Assembly: GCA_963766175.1 (NCBI GenBank)
Contig: CAVXZE010000006.1
Span: forward strand, 55,333 to 119,332
Direction of reading: 5' to 3'
Length of the DNA stretch: 64,000 bases
Source of the DNA: an uncultured delta proteobacterium
Lineage (GTDB): Bacteria > Myxococcota_A > UBA9160 > UBA6930
In this document: positions 54,489 through 63,410 of the stretch, piece after piece
Layout: every line of letters begins with the position of its first letter
Numbering within the stretch: position 1 is the first letter of the stretch
Notes under the pieces: generated by a model
Databases searched by the model: none
What the model was told of the DNA's origin: nothing
The model's input: the letters and a program-made list of their open reading frames with translations, nothing else
Position numbers and translations under genes: made by a program

Positions 54489-55703
54489 TCACTGGTGGTG
54501 CATGGCGTCGACGGGGCGGATCAGTGCGGCTTTGAGCGCCGGGTAGAGCACCGCGACTGCCACGATGGCAACCAGGACGAGGATGGGCTCGGTGAAGGCG
54601 CCGACGTGAACCGCGGCACGCCAGATGGGGTCCCAGGCGATCCCCATGATCGTGACGCCACCGAGCTGAGCGAGATTGATGCCGGTGCTTGACAGGTACC
54701 AGATGCCAGGCACGGCGAAGCTCACGCCAACCAGGATGGCGATCCCGGTCTGGATGGCGCTCTCGGCGACGATCAGACGCAGCACTTCGAAGGGCCCCAC
54801 GCCCAGGGCCTTGAGCACTCCGAACTCGCGGATGCGCTCGAAGACCGCCATCAGCATGGCGTTCAGGATCAGCATCCCGATCGCGATGTACACGATGAAG
54901 AACATCGCAATCATCACTCCCCGCGCGGAGTCCAGCATCGAGGAGATGGTGGGCAGCAGCTGGCGCCAGGTCTTCACGTCGAGCTCGCGCGCAAGGCCGT
55001 GCACGCGAGCTGCGGTGCTGGGAAGGTCGACCGCGGCGGGCCGGCGAACGATGATCTGGTGGACGCCGTCGGGGACGACGAGGAGCTCGCGGAAGGCGCC
55101 AGCGGTCATGAAGATGCCGGTTCGGTCGGTGGCATCACCGATGCCCCGAAGCACGCCGCGAACGGTGTAGAGATCGTAGGCCATGGCCCCGTCCGCGCCC
55201 TGGGTCAGCACCACCAGCTCGGCGCCGGGCTCGACACCGAGGATGCGGGCCAGGCGCCGACCGAGGACGACACCGTGGGGATCTTCGGGATCCAGCCAGC
55301 TGCCCCGGTCGACCTGCTGGTGGACCAGGCTCACCCGGGCGTCACGCTCGACATCCACACCTCGAAACGACACGCCGGCCGAGGACTCCCCCGCAGCGGC
55401 CATGCCGTAGGCCAGGAGGCGGCCCGTGGCCGGGAAGCCTTCCGCCTCGAGCGGCGCGAGCAGTGCTTCGGGATCTTCGATTCGCGTGTAGATGGATGGA
55501 TTGTCGCGATAGCCGCCGGCGAAGACCTGCACGTCCCCCACCTCGAGGTCGAGGACGGTGCGCTCCATGTTCCGGAGGTAGCCCTCCACCAAACCGGCGT
55601 AGAGGATCATCACGAAGAGGGCGAAGCTCATGGCGCCGATGGTGACGAGGGTGCGGCGCCGGTTTCGCCACACGTTCCTCCAGGCCATCCTGAAGATTCC
55701 CAA
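54489..55703 (-). CDS. FtsX-family ABC permease (LolC/E-like), second copy
   Basis: Same architecture (MAWRNVWRNRRRT ... YPALKAALIRPVDAM). Start placed at TTG 55703, 4 nt after AGGAGG. ATG 55739 and TTG 55805 are alternatives. Confidence 0.85.
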   Translation of the reverse strand: MGIFRMAWRNVWRNRRRTLVTIGAMSFALFVMILYAGLVEGYLRNMERTVLDLEVGDVQVFAGGYRDNPSIYTRIEDPEALLAPLEAEGFPATGRLLAYGMAAAGESSAGVSFRGVDVERDARVSLVHQQVDRGSWLDPEDPHGVVLGRRLARILGVEPGAELVVLTQGADGAMAYDLYTVRGVLRGIGDATDRTGIFMTAGAFRELLVVPDGVHQIIVRRPAAVDLPSTAARVHGLARELDVKTWRQLLPTISSMLDSARGVMIAMFFIVYIAIGMLILNAMLMAVFERIREFGVLKALGVGPFEVLRLIVAESAIQTGIAILVGVSFAVPGIWYLSSTGINLAQLGGVTIMGIAWDPIWRAAVHVGAFTEPILVLVAIVAVAVLYPALKAALIRPVDAMHHQ

Positions 55704-55909
55704 GCTGCCTCCTCTGGGATGCTGAACCCTAGCCTGCATTTCTCGCAGGGCCGCCATCGGATTCAACCCGATTTCTTGATCTCTCTCGGAACCCATTGAA
55801 AACAATAAGAAAATTCGTCAGATGGCTTCGCCTGGACCACCACCGATTCCAGCCCCCTGGCGGCGATACTTGTGAGATGATGGTAGGTCGAGACGGGAGG
55901 GCAAGGAAG

Positions 55910-56317
55910 ATGGTGAAAGGCAGCTGCCTCTGTGGAGGCGCACAGTACGAGATCAATGGCGACATCAAGCTGATGGCCAACTGCCACTGCTCCATGTGTC
56001 GGAAGCATCACGGCGCGGCGTTCGTGACCTTCGTTGGCGTCAACACGGCCGACTTCCGTTGGGTGAGGGGCGAGGACCTGCTCGAGCGCTACCAGTCGTC
56101 TCCGGGTCACATCCGGGCGTTCTGCCGCGTCTGCGGCTCGAGCCTGCCGGATCCGGATCCCGGTGCGACGGACTTCTATCTTCCGGCCGGTACGCTCGAC
56201 GACGATCCCGGAGCGCGACCTGCGGCACACATCTTCGTCGGCTCGAAGGCTCCCTGGGTCGAGATCAGCGACGAGCTTCCGCAGTTCGACGAGTACCCGC
56301 CGGGCTTCGACTCGTAG
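55910..56317 (+). CDS. GFA-family (glutathione-dependent formaldehyde-activating/CENP-V-like) Zn-binding protein
   Basis: Start ATG 55910 (MVKGSCLCG). Cys pattern CLCG..(N)CHCS.C....G and FC..CGS. Confidence 0.88.
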   Translation: MVKGSCLCGGAQYEINGDIKLMANCHCSMCRKHHGAAFVTFVGVNTADFRWVRGEDLLERYQSSPGHIRAFCRVCGSSLPDPDPGATDFYLPAGTLDDDPGARPAAHIFVGSKAPWVEISDELPQFDEYPPGFDS

Positions 56318-56346
56318 AGGGAGCGCCGAGGTCGGCATCCATCGCT

Positions 56347-57372
56347 TCACGAACCGTGCAAGCGGGAGATCACCTTCGCCACTTCCGGATCGAGAGCCGG
56401 GTCCTCGGGCAGGGAGAAGGTGATCATCGTCGCCAGGTCTGCGTAGCGCTCGCGGAGCACCTCGGCGATCTCCGCGAGGGGCGCCGTCGGTAGCAGTTCG
56501 TCGAGCATCGCGTCCGAGATCACTCCCGGCATCTCGTCCCACTTCCCCTCGCGCGTCAGCTGGCGGAGCCGCGGACCGCACTCTTCCCAGCCGAAGAGCT
56601 CGAGCGAGGGCCAATAGGCGGGCGTCGAGTAGAGGAAGCTCAGCAGCTGTCGCTGCCTCTGGCGATCCGCGAGCACTTGCTCCGCGTCTGCTCCCGTCGC
56701 CACCAGGGGAGTGAGCATGAGCTTCAGATCGGCCGCGGCGCGATTCGTCCTGGCCGCCCCCTTGCTGAGCCCGGGCCAGATGACTTCGCGGAGATAGCGC
56801 GGATGCGTGTTGGTGGGATGGGTCACCAGCGCGTCGGCGGCCTCGCCGGCGAGCGCCGTCATCTTGGGTCCCACCGCCCCCAACAGGAGGGGAATCTCGG
56901 GATGCTCGATGGGGCCGGGATTGAAGAAGGGCTGTAGGCGATCGAAACGGTAGTGCTGTCCCTCGAAGCGGAGGGCTCCGCCCTGCTGAAAGCAGCGGAA
57001 GATCGCCCGCAGCGACTGCAAGTACTCGCGCATCCGGGGAACCGGCGGCGTCCAAGGTGTGCCGTAGCGACCGACGATGTTGCCCCGGACCTGCGCCCCC
57101 AGGCCCAGTGCGAAGCGTCCTCCCGACATCGCCTGGAGATCCCAGGCTGCGTGCGCCACCGTCATCGGGCTGCGCGGGAAGGCGACCAGTACGGCGATGG
57201 CGACCTCGAGCCGGGTCGTCGCCTGGAGCGCCATCGCCGCCGCCAGCAGGCCGTCGTGGACCCCGTCGGCCACGCTGATTCCGTCGTAGCCGAGCACCTC
57301 CGCACGCCGGGCCTTGGCGCCGACTTCCGCCGGCGAGGTGCGCTGATCGATGGTCGCGTAGACGCGGAACAC
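56347..57372 (-). CDS. Luciferase-like (LLM class) F420-dependent-type oxidoreductase
   Basis: TIM-barrel LLM signature segments (GYDGISVADGVHD, RFALGLGAQV, LLLGAVGPKM). Confidence 0.9.
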   Translation of the reverse strand: MFRVYATIDQRTSPAEVGAKARRAEVLGYDGISVADGVHDGLLAAAMALQATTRLEVAIAVLVAFPRSPMTVAHAAWDLQAMSGGRFALGLGAQVRGNIVGRYGTPWTPPVPRMREYLQSLRAIFRCFQQGGALRFEGQHYRFDRLQPFFNPGPIEHPEIPLLLGAVGPKMTALAGEAADALVTHPTNTHPRYLREVIWPGLSKGAARTNRAAADLKLMLTPLVATGADAEQVLADRQRQRQLLSFLYSTPAYWPSLELFGWEECGPRLRQLTREGKWDEMPGVISDAMLDELLPTAPLAEIAEVLRERYADLATMITFSLPEDPALDPEVAKVISRLHGS

Positions 57373-57378
57373 CCGTTT

Positions 57379-58413
57379 CTACCGCGCCGCCGCGGTGCTG
57401 AACCGCCCCGCCATCCAGTTCGAGAGGGGGGCGGTGAGCTCCATTCGCGTCAGCATCAGCTTCATGATCGCGGTGATCGGCGTGGCCAGGAGCGCCCCCG
57501 GGATCCCCCACAGCATGCCCCAGAAGATCAGTGCCAGCAGGATGGTGACCGGGTGCAGGTCGAGGGTCTCGCCCATCACCTTGGGTGCGATGACGTTCCC
57601 GATCGTGAACTGGATCAGCCCCGGGATCGCGAGCACCATTATGACGGTGGTCATGGTCGCGTCCGGACTGATCAGCACCATGGGCAGGGGAAGAAGGGTC
57701 GCGACGATCGATCCGATGGTGGGAATGAAGTTGAGCAGGAAGGCGAGGAAGCCGAACAGCAGCGCCAGGGGCACGCCGAGCAGCGCCAGTGTGGCGCCGA
57801 CCAGGAGCCCCGTCGCCGCCGAGATCACCGTCTGGGCGAGGACGTACCGCTTGATCTGGGCCGCGACCTGACCCGAGGTGGTCTCTTCCGAGCGCCTCGA
57901 GAAGCCCCCCCCGGTCAGTAGGAAGAGCAGGAAGACCAGCACCAGGAGCCCTCTCGAGAGGAGGTCGAGGATCGCGTTGGTCGTCCCCAGGAGCATCCGC
58001 CCCACTGTCTGAACGGGGACCTTGATGAGAGAGCTCACACTGCGGTTCGGATCGATTCCGAAGCGCTCGAGCGGCAGGCGCTGGGCGGCGGACTGGAGCA
58101 CGCTGTCGAGGTGCTCCTTGTAGGCCTGGACGTTTCCCGAGAGCTGGTTGACCGAGTCCGAGACCACGGCTCCCACCAAGAGCAGCGCCAGGAATCCGAG
58201 CAGGATGGTTCCGATCAGCGCCACCGCCCGGGGAGCCCGGAGGTAGCGCATCTGGAGGTCGACCAGCGGCGAGAGGATGAGGGCGAACAGCAGTGCCAGC
58301 ACGAAGGGGATCATCACCGGCTGCAGCCAGTAGAGGGATGCTGCCATCACGGCCGTGGTCAGGAGAAGAAGACAGACGGTCTGGACTCGCTGCTCGCTGT
58401 GCGCGCCATTCAT
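57379..58413 (-). CDS. AI-2E family (PerM/UPF0118) transporter
   Basis: About 8 TM. C-terminal family segment FLLNFIPTIGS..(P)..WGMLWGIPGALLATPITA. Confidence 0.9.
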   Translation of the reverse strand: MNGAHSEQRVQTVCLLLLTTAVMAASLYWLQPVMIPFVLALLFALILSPLVDLQMRYLRAPRAVALIGTILLGFLALLLVGAVVSDSVNQLSGNVQAYKEHLDSVLQSAAQRLPLERFGIDPNRSVSSLIKVPVQTVGRMLLGTTNAILDLLSRGLLVLVFLLFLLTGGGFSRRSEETTSGQVAAQIKRYVLAQTVISAATGLLVGATLALLGVPLALLFGFLAFLLNFIPTIGSIVATLLPLPMVLISPDATMTTVIMVLAIPGLIQFTIGNVIAPKVMGETLDLHPVTILLALIFWGMLWGIPGALLATPITAIMKLMLTRMELTAPLSNWMAGRFSTAAAR

Positions 58414-58566
58414 GGTGGTTTCCTTTGCATTCAGGGATCGAGAGGGCCCGGCGGTGGCACTTTCTCATCATTTCGATCCAGGCAGAGAGTATCCCCGATT
58501 TTTCGATCGCAGCGGGTGGGTGATCCCTGGTATGCTCACCACCGCCGTCCACGGAGGGAAAGAATC

Positions 58567-59028
58567 ATGAGGTCAATTCACAAGATCGGTCCGGTCGTCC
58601 TCGTCCTCGCGGTGATCGCGTGGCTGCCGAGCGCAAGCTTCGCGGAGCTCGCCGCGTGGGATCAGGAGCGGGTCACCGCCCTCGGCGCAGAGCTGGTCAA
58701 GGCGAGCGACGCGCTCTACGACACCTTTCTGAAGGAGCCGCCGCAGCAGATCGGATCGGGACAGTCGAAAGACTACTATCGACTCCGCCAGCTCGTTCGG
58801 CGCATCAAGGACCAGGCGAGACAGCTGTCGAGCGCACTCGCGAAGGGTGAGGGCTACGATCAGACCCTTCCCATCTACGAGAATCTGATGACGATGGTGC
58901 GAGACGCCCGCGAGATCTCGAAGAGGACCTTCACCTCCAACTTCGTCCTGGACAAGGCCGCGGCCGCCGGCGACGTCCTGCGACGCATCGCCCCATATTA
59001 CGATCCGAAGGCGCTCGAGGAGGGTTGA
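58567..59028 (+). CDS. Secreted all-helical hypothetical protein (153 aa)
   Basis: ATG 58567, signal peptide ..LPSASFAE, four predicted helices. No cofactor motif recognised. Confidence 0.6.
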   Translation: MRSIHKIGPVVLVLAVIAWLPSASFAELAAWDQERVTALGAELVKASDALYDTFLKEPPQQIGSGQSKDYYRLRQLVRRIKDQARQLSSALAKGEGYDQTLPIYENLMTMVRDAREISKRTFTSNFVLDKAAAAGDVLRRIAPYYDPKALEEG

Positions 59029-59167
59029 TCCGCGATCAGCAGATCGAACCTCCGAGGAGGCAAGCCGCCCCGTCGGACTCCACCCTCTTCCACATTCACA
59101 ATGGAAGGGGATCATGACTTCCAACGAACTCACGGTCACGATCGACCGTTAGTCGTTGCGGAGGGGC

Positions 59168-60154
59168 TCACTCCTCGAGCCAGTCGATGGCATCGACCGT
59201 TGCCTCGCGCACCTCTGCGTCCGGGTGCTCCAGCAGGAACTGGAGCTCGGGGATGACCGTGTGGTCGCCCACGAACTCGACGCCCTCGAGAGCAGCAACC
59301 ACGACCTTCGGGTCGGGATCCCCGAGCGCGCGCAAGAGGGCAGCGAGCGCCGCCGGGTCTTCGACGGAGTAGCCGAGGCTCTCCGCCGCGGCCACCCGGA
59401 CCGCAGACTCCGGGTCGTTCGTCACGGTCGCGGCGAGCGCGTCGATTCCCGCGGCGTCGGGGTAGAGCGACTCGGCGGCGTCGACCCGAACCTCGGGCCG
59501 CTCGTCCTCGAGGTCGCGAATGGCCTCCCACTGCTGCTCCTCGAACCGGGCCGGGTCAGCGAGCTCGCGCTTCCGTTCCCGAGACGCGAGCGCCCGATCT
59601 TCGTTCGACCGCCGGGACTCGCCCCTGCTCTCGCGCCGCTCGGAGAGCCCCTCCTCGGCATCGGTCGCGACGAAGGCGACGCGGACCAGGCTGGCCTCCT
59701 GGCCCTCGGCGTTCGCCGCGTAGTGGAGGGCGTACGGAACGCCCTCGAGGAGCCGGGCCAGCGCCCGCTCGAGGGGAACCTCGACGGCTCGCAGCGTGAT
59801 GCTGCCCGTGGGCTGCTCGCCCGTTCCGATCGCCACCCCGAAGCCTGCCTCGCGCGCAAGGTCCTCCAGCACCTGGAATCGCGGGGCGCGGTTCGCGAGC
59901 ACCGTGACGCCCGACGCCGACAGCCACACGAGCGCGCTGCCGCGCTGCGGGAGAGCGGGCTGGTCGCCGACGCTATCCTGCGCGCGCGGCGGCGCTGCAG
60001 ACCTCGCTTGCGGCGCCGCGCTTGCGTCGCCGATCGGATCCGCCGGCCGGCCTCGATCACAGGCGGCCGCGGCGAGACAGACGGCGGCGAGCATCAGGCT
60101 GGCGATCCGCCAGCCGGGGCGGCCGCATCGGGTCTCTTCCGATCGGATCGTCAC
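59168..60154 (-). CDS. Lipoprotein with an STN-like N-domain, a charged linker and C-terminal HEAT repeats
   Basis: GTG start, lipobox LAAAAC. The ITLRAVEVPLERALARLLEGVPY segment is STN-like (inference). C-terminal repeats: EVRVDAAESL.., AVRVAAAESLG, DPKVVVAALEG, AEVREATVDAI. Confidence 0.7.
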   Translation of the reverse strand: MTIRSEETRCGRPGWRIASLMLAAVCLAAAACDRGRPADPIGDASAAPQARSAAPPRAQDSVGDQPALPQRGSALVWLSASGVTVLANRAPRFQVLEDLAREAGFGVAIGTGEQPTGSITLRAVEVPLERALARLLEGVPYALHYAANAEGQEASLVRVAFVATDAEEGLSERRESRGESRRSNEDRALASRERKRELADPARFEEQQWEAIRDLEDERPEVRVDAAESLYPDAAGIDALAATVTNDPESAVRVAAAESLGYSVEDPAALAALLRALGDPDPKVVVAALEGVEFVGDHTVIPELQFLLEHPDAEVREATVDAIDWLEE

Positions 60155-60251
60155 GAGTTCTCCTCTGCGCTCGCAGTGAGGGGTACGCCGACGCGGAGTG
60201 CCCGGAACCCACGCCGGGTGCCCCGCTCGGAAGAAGCAGATCGCGGGCCGA

Positions 60252-60824
60252 CTACGGGGTGGCCATGCCCTTGCCCGAAATCTTCAGGCTCTTCACCCTA
60301 GTGGTGTTCTCGTTGTAGCTCCCCTTGACCTGTTTGCTCGCTGCACAGGTGGCCACGACGAACTGGATCTGGGGGCCACTCAGGTCGGTGACGCAGTCCT
60401 TTGCTTGGAGCTTGAAGCTGCCATCGGCCTTCTGTGCATTGACGTCGGCTTCCAACTTGGTGCTCTTGCAGCTGGTCAGTTCCCCAGTGAAGTCGAGCAC
60501 CCCTGCAGGATAAAGGGCGACCGTGATCATGACCGGGTTGGCCTTGTCCTTCTGCGCGATCTTGGCCTTCGTCGTGGAGATCTTCACGTCGTCGGGGTGG
60601 TTGGTGTCGGATTCGTAGACGACCTGGTCCAACCCGCTGGTGCATGTCGCCGAGATGCCGACATCGAACACGAGGTCCTCCGCTTCGAAATCCGCGAAGA
60701 CCGCGCCGTTGTCCCGGTCTACGATCGTAAAGGTGTCGTTCACCACCTGCGCAGAGGCCCCAGCACCGAGCAGCAGACCCACAGCGCCGAGCATCGCAAT
60801 TCCCAGTTTCGCCAAACGCATCAA
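60252..60824 (-). CDS. Secreted beta-rich hypothetical protein with 4 Cys (190 aa)
   Basis: Signal peptide ..GAGASAQ and a consistent reading frame. G+C is visibly lower than in neighbouring genes. No motif recognised. Confidence 0.6.
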   Translation of the reverse strand: MMRLAKLGIAMLGAVGLLLGAGASAQVVNDTFTIVDRDNGAVFADFEAEDLVFDVGISATCTSGLDQVVYESDTNHPDDVKISTTKAKIAQKDKANPVMITVALYPAGVLDFTGELTSCKSTKLEADVNAQKADGSFKLQAKDCVTDLSGPQIQFVVATCAASKQVKGSYNENTTRVKSLKISGKGMATP

Positions 60825-60918
60825 CTTCTCCTCCCCATCGGGCCGCTTGCTACGACCCAGCGCGATCGCTTGCCGCGACCGATTGATGAAGTCTAACGTA
60901 TGAGCCAGCCAAGAAGAA

Positions 60919-60938
60919 TCCTCCCCGGCAAGGGAGGA
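60919..60938 (-). terminator. Rho-independent terminator candidate on the minus strand
   Basis: TCCTCCC (60919-60925) pairs with GGGAGGA (60932-60938), 6-nt loop. On the minus strand the hairpin is followed by TTCTTCTT. Confidence 0.5.
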
Positions 60939-61024
60939 GACTGCTGGCAGATTACTTCCAGCGCGATATCGGGTCCGATAGGCGCGCCCCTAATCTTCCT
61001 CGGGAGCAAGACCGCGCGGTGGTC

Positions 61025-61180
61025 TTAATCGATACCGCAGGTGGCGTGGATCTCTCTGATCTTCTCCTTGAGCTTGCTGTTGTAGATGCCGGTCGCCACC
61101 TCGAGCTTGTCCTTCTCCTGCAAGATAAGGATGCTCAGGACGGCTCCCGCGGGAACCACTGCGGTCACACCGTCGCGCAT
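61025..61180 (-). CDS. Small hypothetical protein (51 aa from the ATG) with one hydrophobic segment; not in the ORF track
   Basis: Hand translation gives MRDGVTAVVPAGAVLSILILQEKDKLEVATGIYNSKLKEKIREIHATCGID*. GC3 bias is strong and GGAAG lies 5 nt before the ATG. The frame stays open and coding-like up to the TAG of the upstream gene (61277-61279). Confidence 0.35.
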   Translation of the reverse strand: MRDGVTAVVPAGAVLSILILQEKDKLEVATGIYNSKLKEKIREIHATCGID

Positions 61181-61276
61181 CCTCGCTTCCACGGACGCCT
61201 GTTCGCTCTTCAGGGTTGCGATGTCCTGCTCCGCCGTGGCGCAATTGACCGGCTTGGCAAGATCCGCCTCTGGGGG

Positions 61277-62206
61277 CTATCGCAGGGAGCGATCGAGTCC
61301 GGCCGCATTCTCCCGCATCACACCGAGGAAGTCACCCGCGCCGGGTGCGTTGGCGCTCGGCGTGTAGACGAGGCTTCCGAGGCCCATCGTCTCGAGCCTC
61401 TTCACCGTCTCGTCCGCAGGCTCGCCCTCCCAGACCATCCACCGTGCGGGGTGGGCGGCGGTGAGTTCCTCCAACTCGCGCCACATCGCGTCGGTAGGCG
61501 CCTGGTCTGGCTCCCAGTGGACTGAGTGAGCGTTCAATCCGTAGCGGCGGATCAGGTACTGGTAGACCGGGTGGGAGAAGAGCAGGGGGGTGTCGCCGAT
61601 TGCCGCCGCCGCGCTGGTGAGACGCTGATCGAGATCGCGAAGGTCGGCCTCCAGGGCCTCGAATCCCTCTTGGAACGCGGCATCCCGATCGGGGCGCGTC
61701 TTGGCGAAGGCGTCTCTTACCGCCCGCGCCTGCAGGATCGCCAGACTGGGATCGAGCCAGGTGGTGAAGGCGTTTCCGGTGTGGGTGTGAGCGCCCTGGG
61801 GACCGTGGCTGTGGGTGACGCCCTCTTCGAGGGGAATCAACTGATCCCGAAAGCCGGCGGAGGTGTCTACCAGCCGGGCATCGGGCAAGGAGGCCCGCTG
61901 CACCCAGGCGGCGTAGCCGGCTCCGTTGAGGAGAATCAGGTCCGCCCCCTGGTAGGCGGCGATTACGTCTGGATCGGGTGACCAGTAGGCCGGGTCTTCG
62001 TCCGCCGGTGCGGGGAAGACTACCTTGACGCTCTCCCCGCCAATCCGCTCGGCGAAATACTGGAGCGGATAGTTGACCACGTAGACCGAGAGGCGTCCCG
62101 CCTCCTCGGAGCTGGGCGCGGAAGCCACGGTCTGGGGTTCTCCCTCCCCGCATCCCACCAGCAGGGCGGCAGCGAGCAGCGCGGCGAGACATCGGGCAAC
62201 GATCAC
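61277..62206 (-). CDS. ZnuA/TroA-type (cluster 9) metal-binding lipoprotein
   Basis: GTG 62206 with AAAGGAGA SD 6-7 nt upstream, lipobox LLVGC. His-rich loop HSHGPQGAHTHTG. Family segments DLILLNGAGYAAW, WLDP, FSHPVYQYL. Confidence 0.88.
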   Translation of the reverse strand: MIVARCLAALLAAALLVGCGEGEPQTVASAPSSEEAGRLSVYVVNYPLQYFAERIGGESVKVVFPAPADEDPAYWSPDPDVIAAYQGADLILLNGAGYAAWVQRASLPDARLVDTSAGFRDQLIPLEEGVTHSHGPQGAHTHTGNAFTTWLDPSLAILQARAVRDAFAKTRPDRDAAFQEGFEALEADLRDLDQRLTSAAAAIGDTPLLFSHPVYQYLIRRYGLNAHSVHWEPDQAPTDAMWRELEELTAAHPARWMVWEGEPADETVKRLETMGLGSLVYTPSANAPGAGDFLGVMRENAAGLDRSLR

Positions 62207-62228
62207 GGGAGGTCTCCTTTCGACCTTG

Positions 62229-63410
62229 TCACGAGAGGATGAAGGTGCGGATGGCGGCGGAGCCGAAGCGGCTGGTGAGGAGAGTGAGGCCACCCGCCAG
62301 GGCAACGCCGAGCACCAGGACCACCACCACCTCGGAGACCAGCACCGCGGCCACGCTCAGGCGCGAGCCCCCAATCTTCACCATGGTCTCGATCTCCCTC
62401 TTCCGGAGACGCAGCGAGAGCAGGAAGACCAGAGCGGCGGTGGCCAGTGTCGCCACCGCGACGATCAGGATCGCCGCCACCACGTAGCTCTGGATGGTCA
62501 GGATGGTGTCGAGGAGATCGTTCATCACGGCGATGGGTTGGACGATCTGGCTGGACTCGCCGTCTGCCTGATAGCGGCCCCGGAGCAGGACGCCGGACTT
62601 CTGGCTGTGGGGCACCGCAATCAACGCGGTGATGGGGTTGCCGGAGAGATCTCCGTGGAAGTGGAAGGAGTCGATGTTCTCCTCGGTGATCTCGTTGTAC
62701 TGGAGCACCGAGGCGTTGGCGGTGATGCGGTTCTCTTCACGGGAGAGGACGCCTGCCGCGGCCTCGGGGGCGGCCAGGTCCTGGTGGCCGTGGCCGAGGC
62801 CCTCGATGATCCAGGCAGTCTTGAGATCCACGAAGACGGCGAGATCGTCGGGTGTGTGGGAGGGGGCGAGGACGCCGACCACGCGCATCCGCAGCGGGTA
62901 GACGCCCGCCAGGTCGAAGACGCTCTCGGGGGAAGAGATCACCGTGTCGCCGGGGCCGATGCCGAGGCTCGCCGCCACGCGGGCGCCCACCACGCACTCG
63001 CCGAGCACGGCCATGGCGCGGCCGGCCGCGAAACGGAGCTTGCGGAATTCGAAGTACGCGAGTGTCGTGCCTACGATCGGGTGATCGCGGGTGCGAAAGC
63101 GCACGTAGAGGGGGATGGGGTCGGCCAGTCCCGTTGCGGCGACCCGGCTCACCTGGCCGTAGCTGGTGAGCTCGGGGGCGTCGGACTCGAAGTAGAGAGA
63201 GTTGAGTACCAGCTCCAGGGGGCTGCCCTTGGCGCCCACCAGGAGTGGCGTCGCCTCGGCCCGTGCGGTGAGCTCGGCAGCGCTCTGGCCGACGAGCACG
63301 TTGAGACCAACGGGAAGAAAGACGATCAGCGTGATCGACGTGACCAGGATGAGGGTCTTGATGCGGTGGTAGGCCAGATAGCGCCACGCCAGGTAGAGGG
63401 CTTCCTTCAC
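62229..63410 (-). CDS. FtsX/MacB-type ABC permease, atypical (His clusters in the periplasmic domain; no fourth TM)
   Basis: GTG 63410 overlaps the ATPase stop (GTGA). TM1, then a ~250-aa periplasmic domain with GHGHQD and FHFHGD, then TM2, coupling helix RKREIETMVKIGGS, and TM3. The protein ends 15 aa after TM3. Confidence 0.85.
   Translation of the reverse strand: MKEALYLAWRYLAYHRIKTLILVTSITLIVFLPVGLNVLVGQSAAELTARAEATPLLVGAKGSPLELVLNSLYFESDAPELTSYGQVSRVAATGLADPIPLYVRFRTRDHPIVGTTLAYFEFRKLRFAAGRAMAVLGECVVGARVAASLGIGPGDTVISSPESVFDLAGVYPLRMRVVGVLAPSHTPDDLAVFVDLKTAWIIEGLGHGHQDLAAPEAAAGVLSREENRITANASVLQYNEITEENIDSFHFHGDLSGNPITALIAVPHSQKSGVLLRGRYQADGESSQIVQPIAVMNDLLDTILTIQSYVVAAILIVAVATLATAALVFLLSLRLRKREIETMVKIGGSRLSVAAVLVSEVVVVLVLGVALAGGLTLLTSRFGSAAIRTFILS

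Noticed and set aside
60990-61244. Track ORF of 84 aa (MRHGGAGHRNPEERTG..) in the ZnuA-downstream spacer.
   Set aside because: Its composition is Arg/Gly/Pro-rich and non-protein-like. A different minus-strand frame (61025..61276) has much better coding character and is reported instead.
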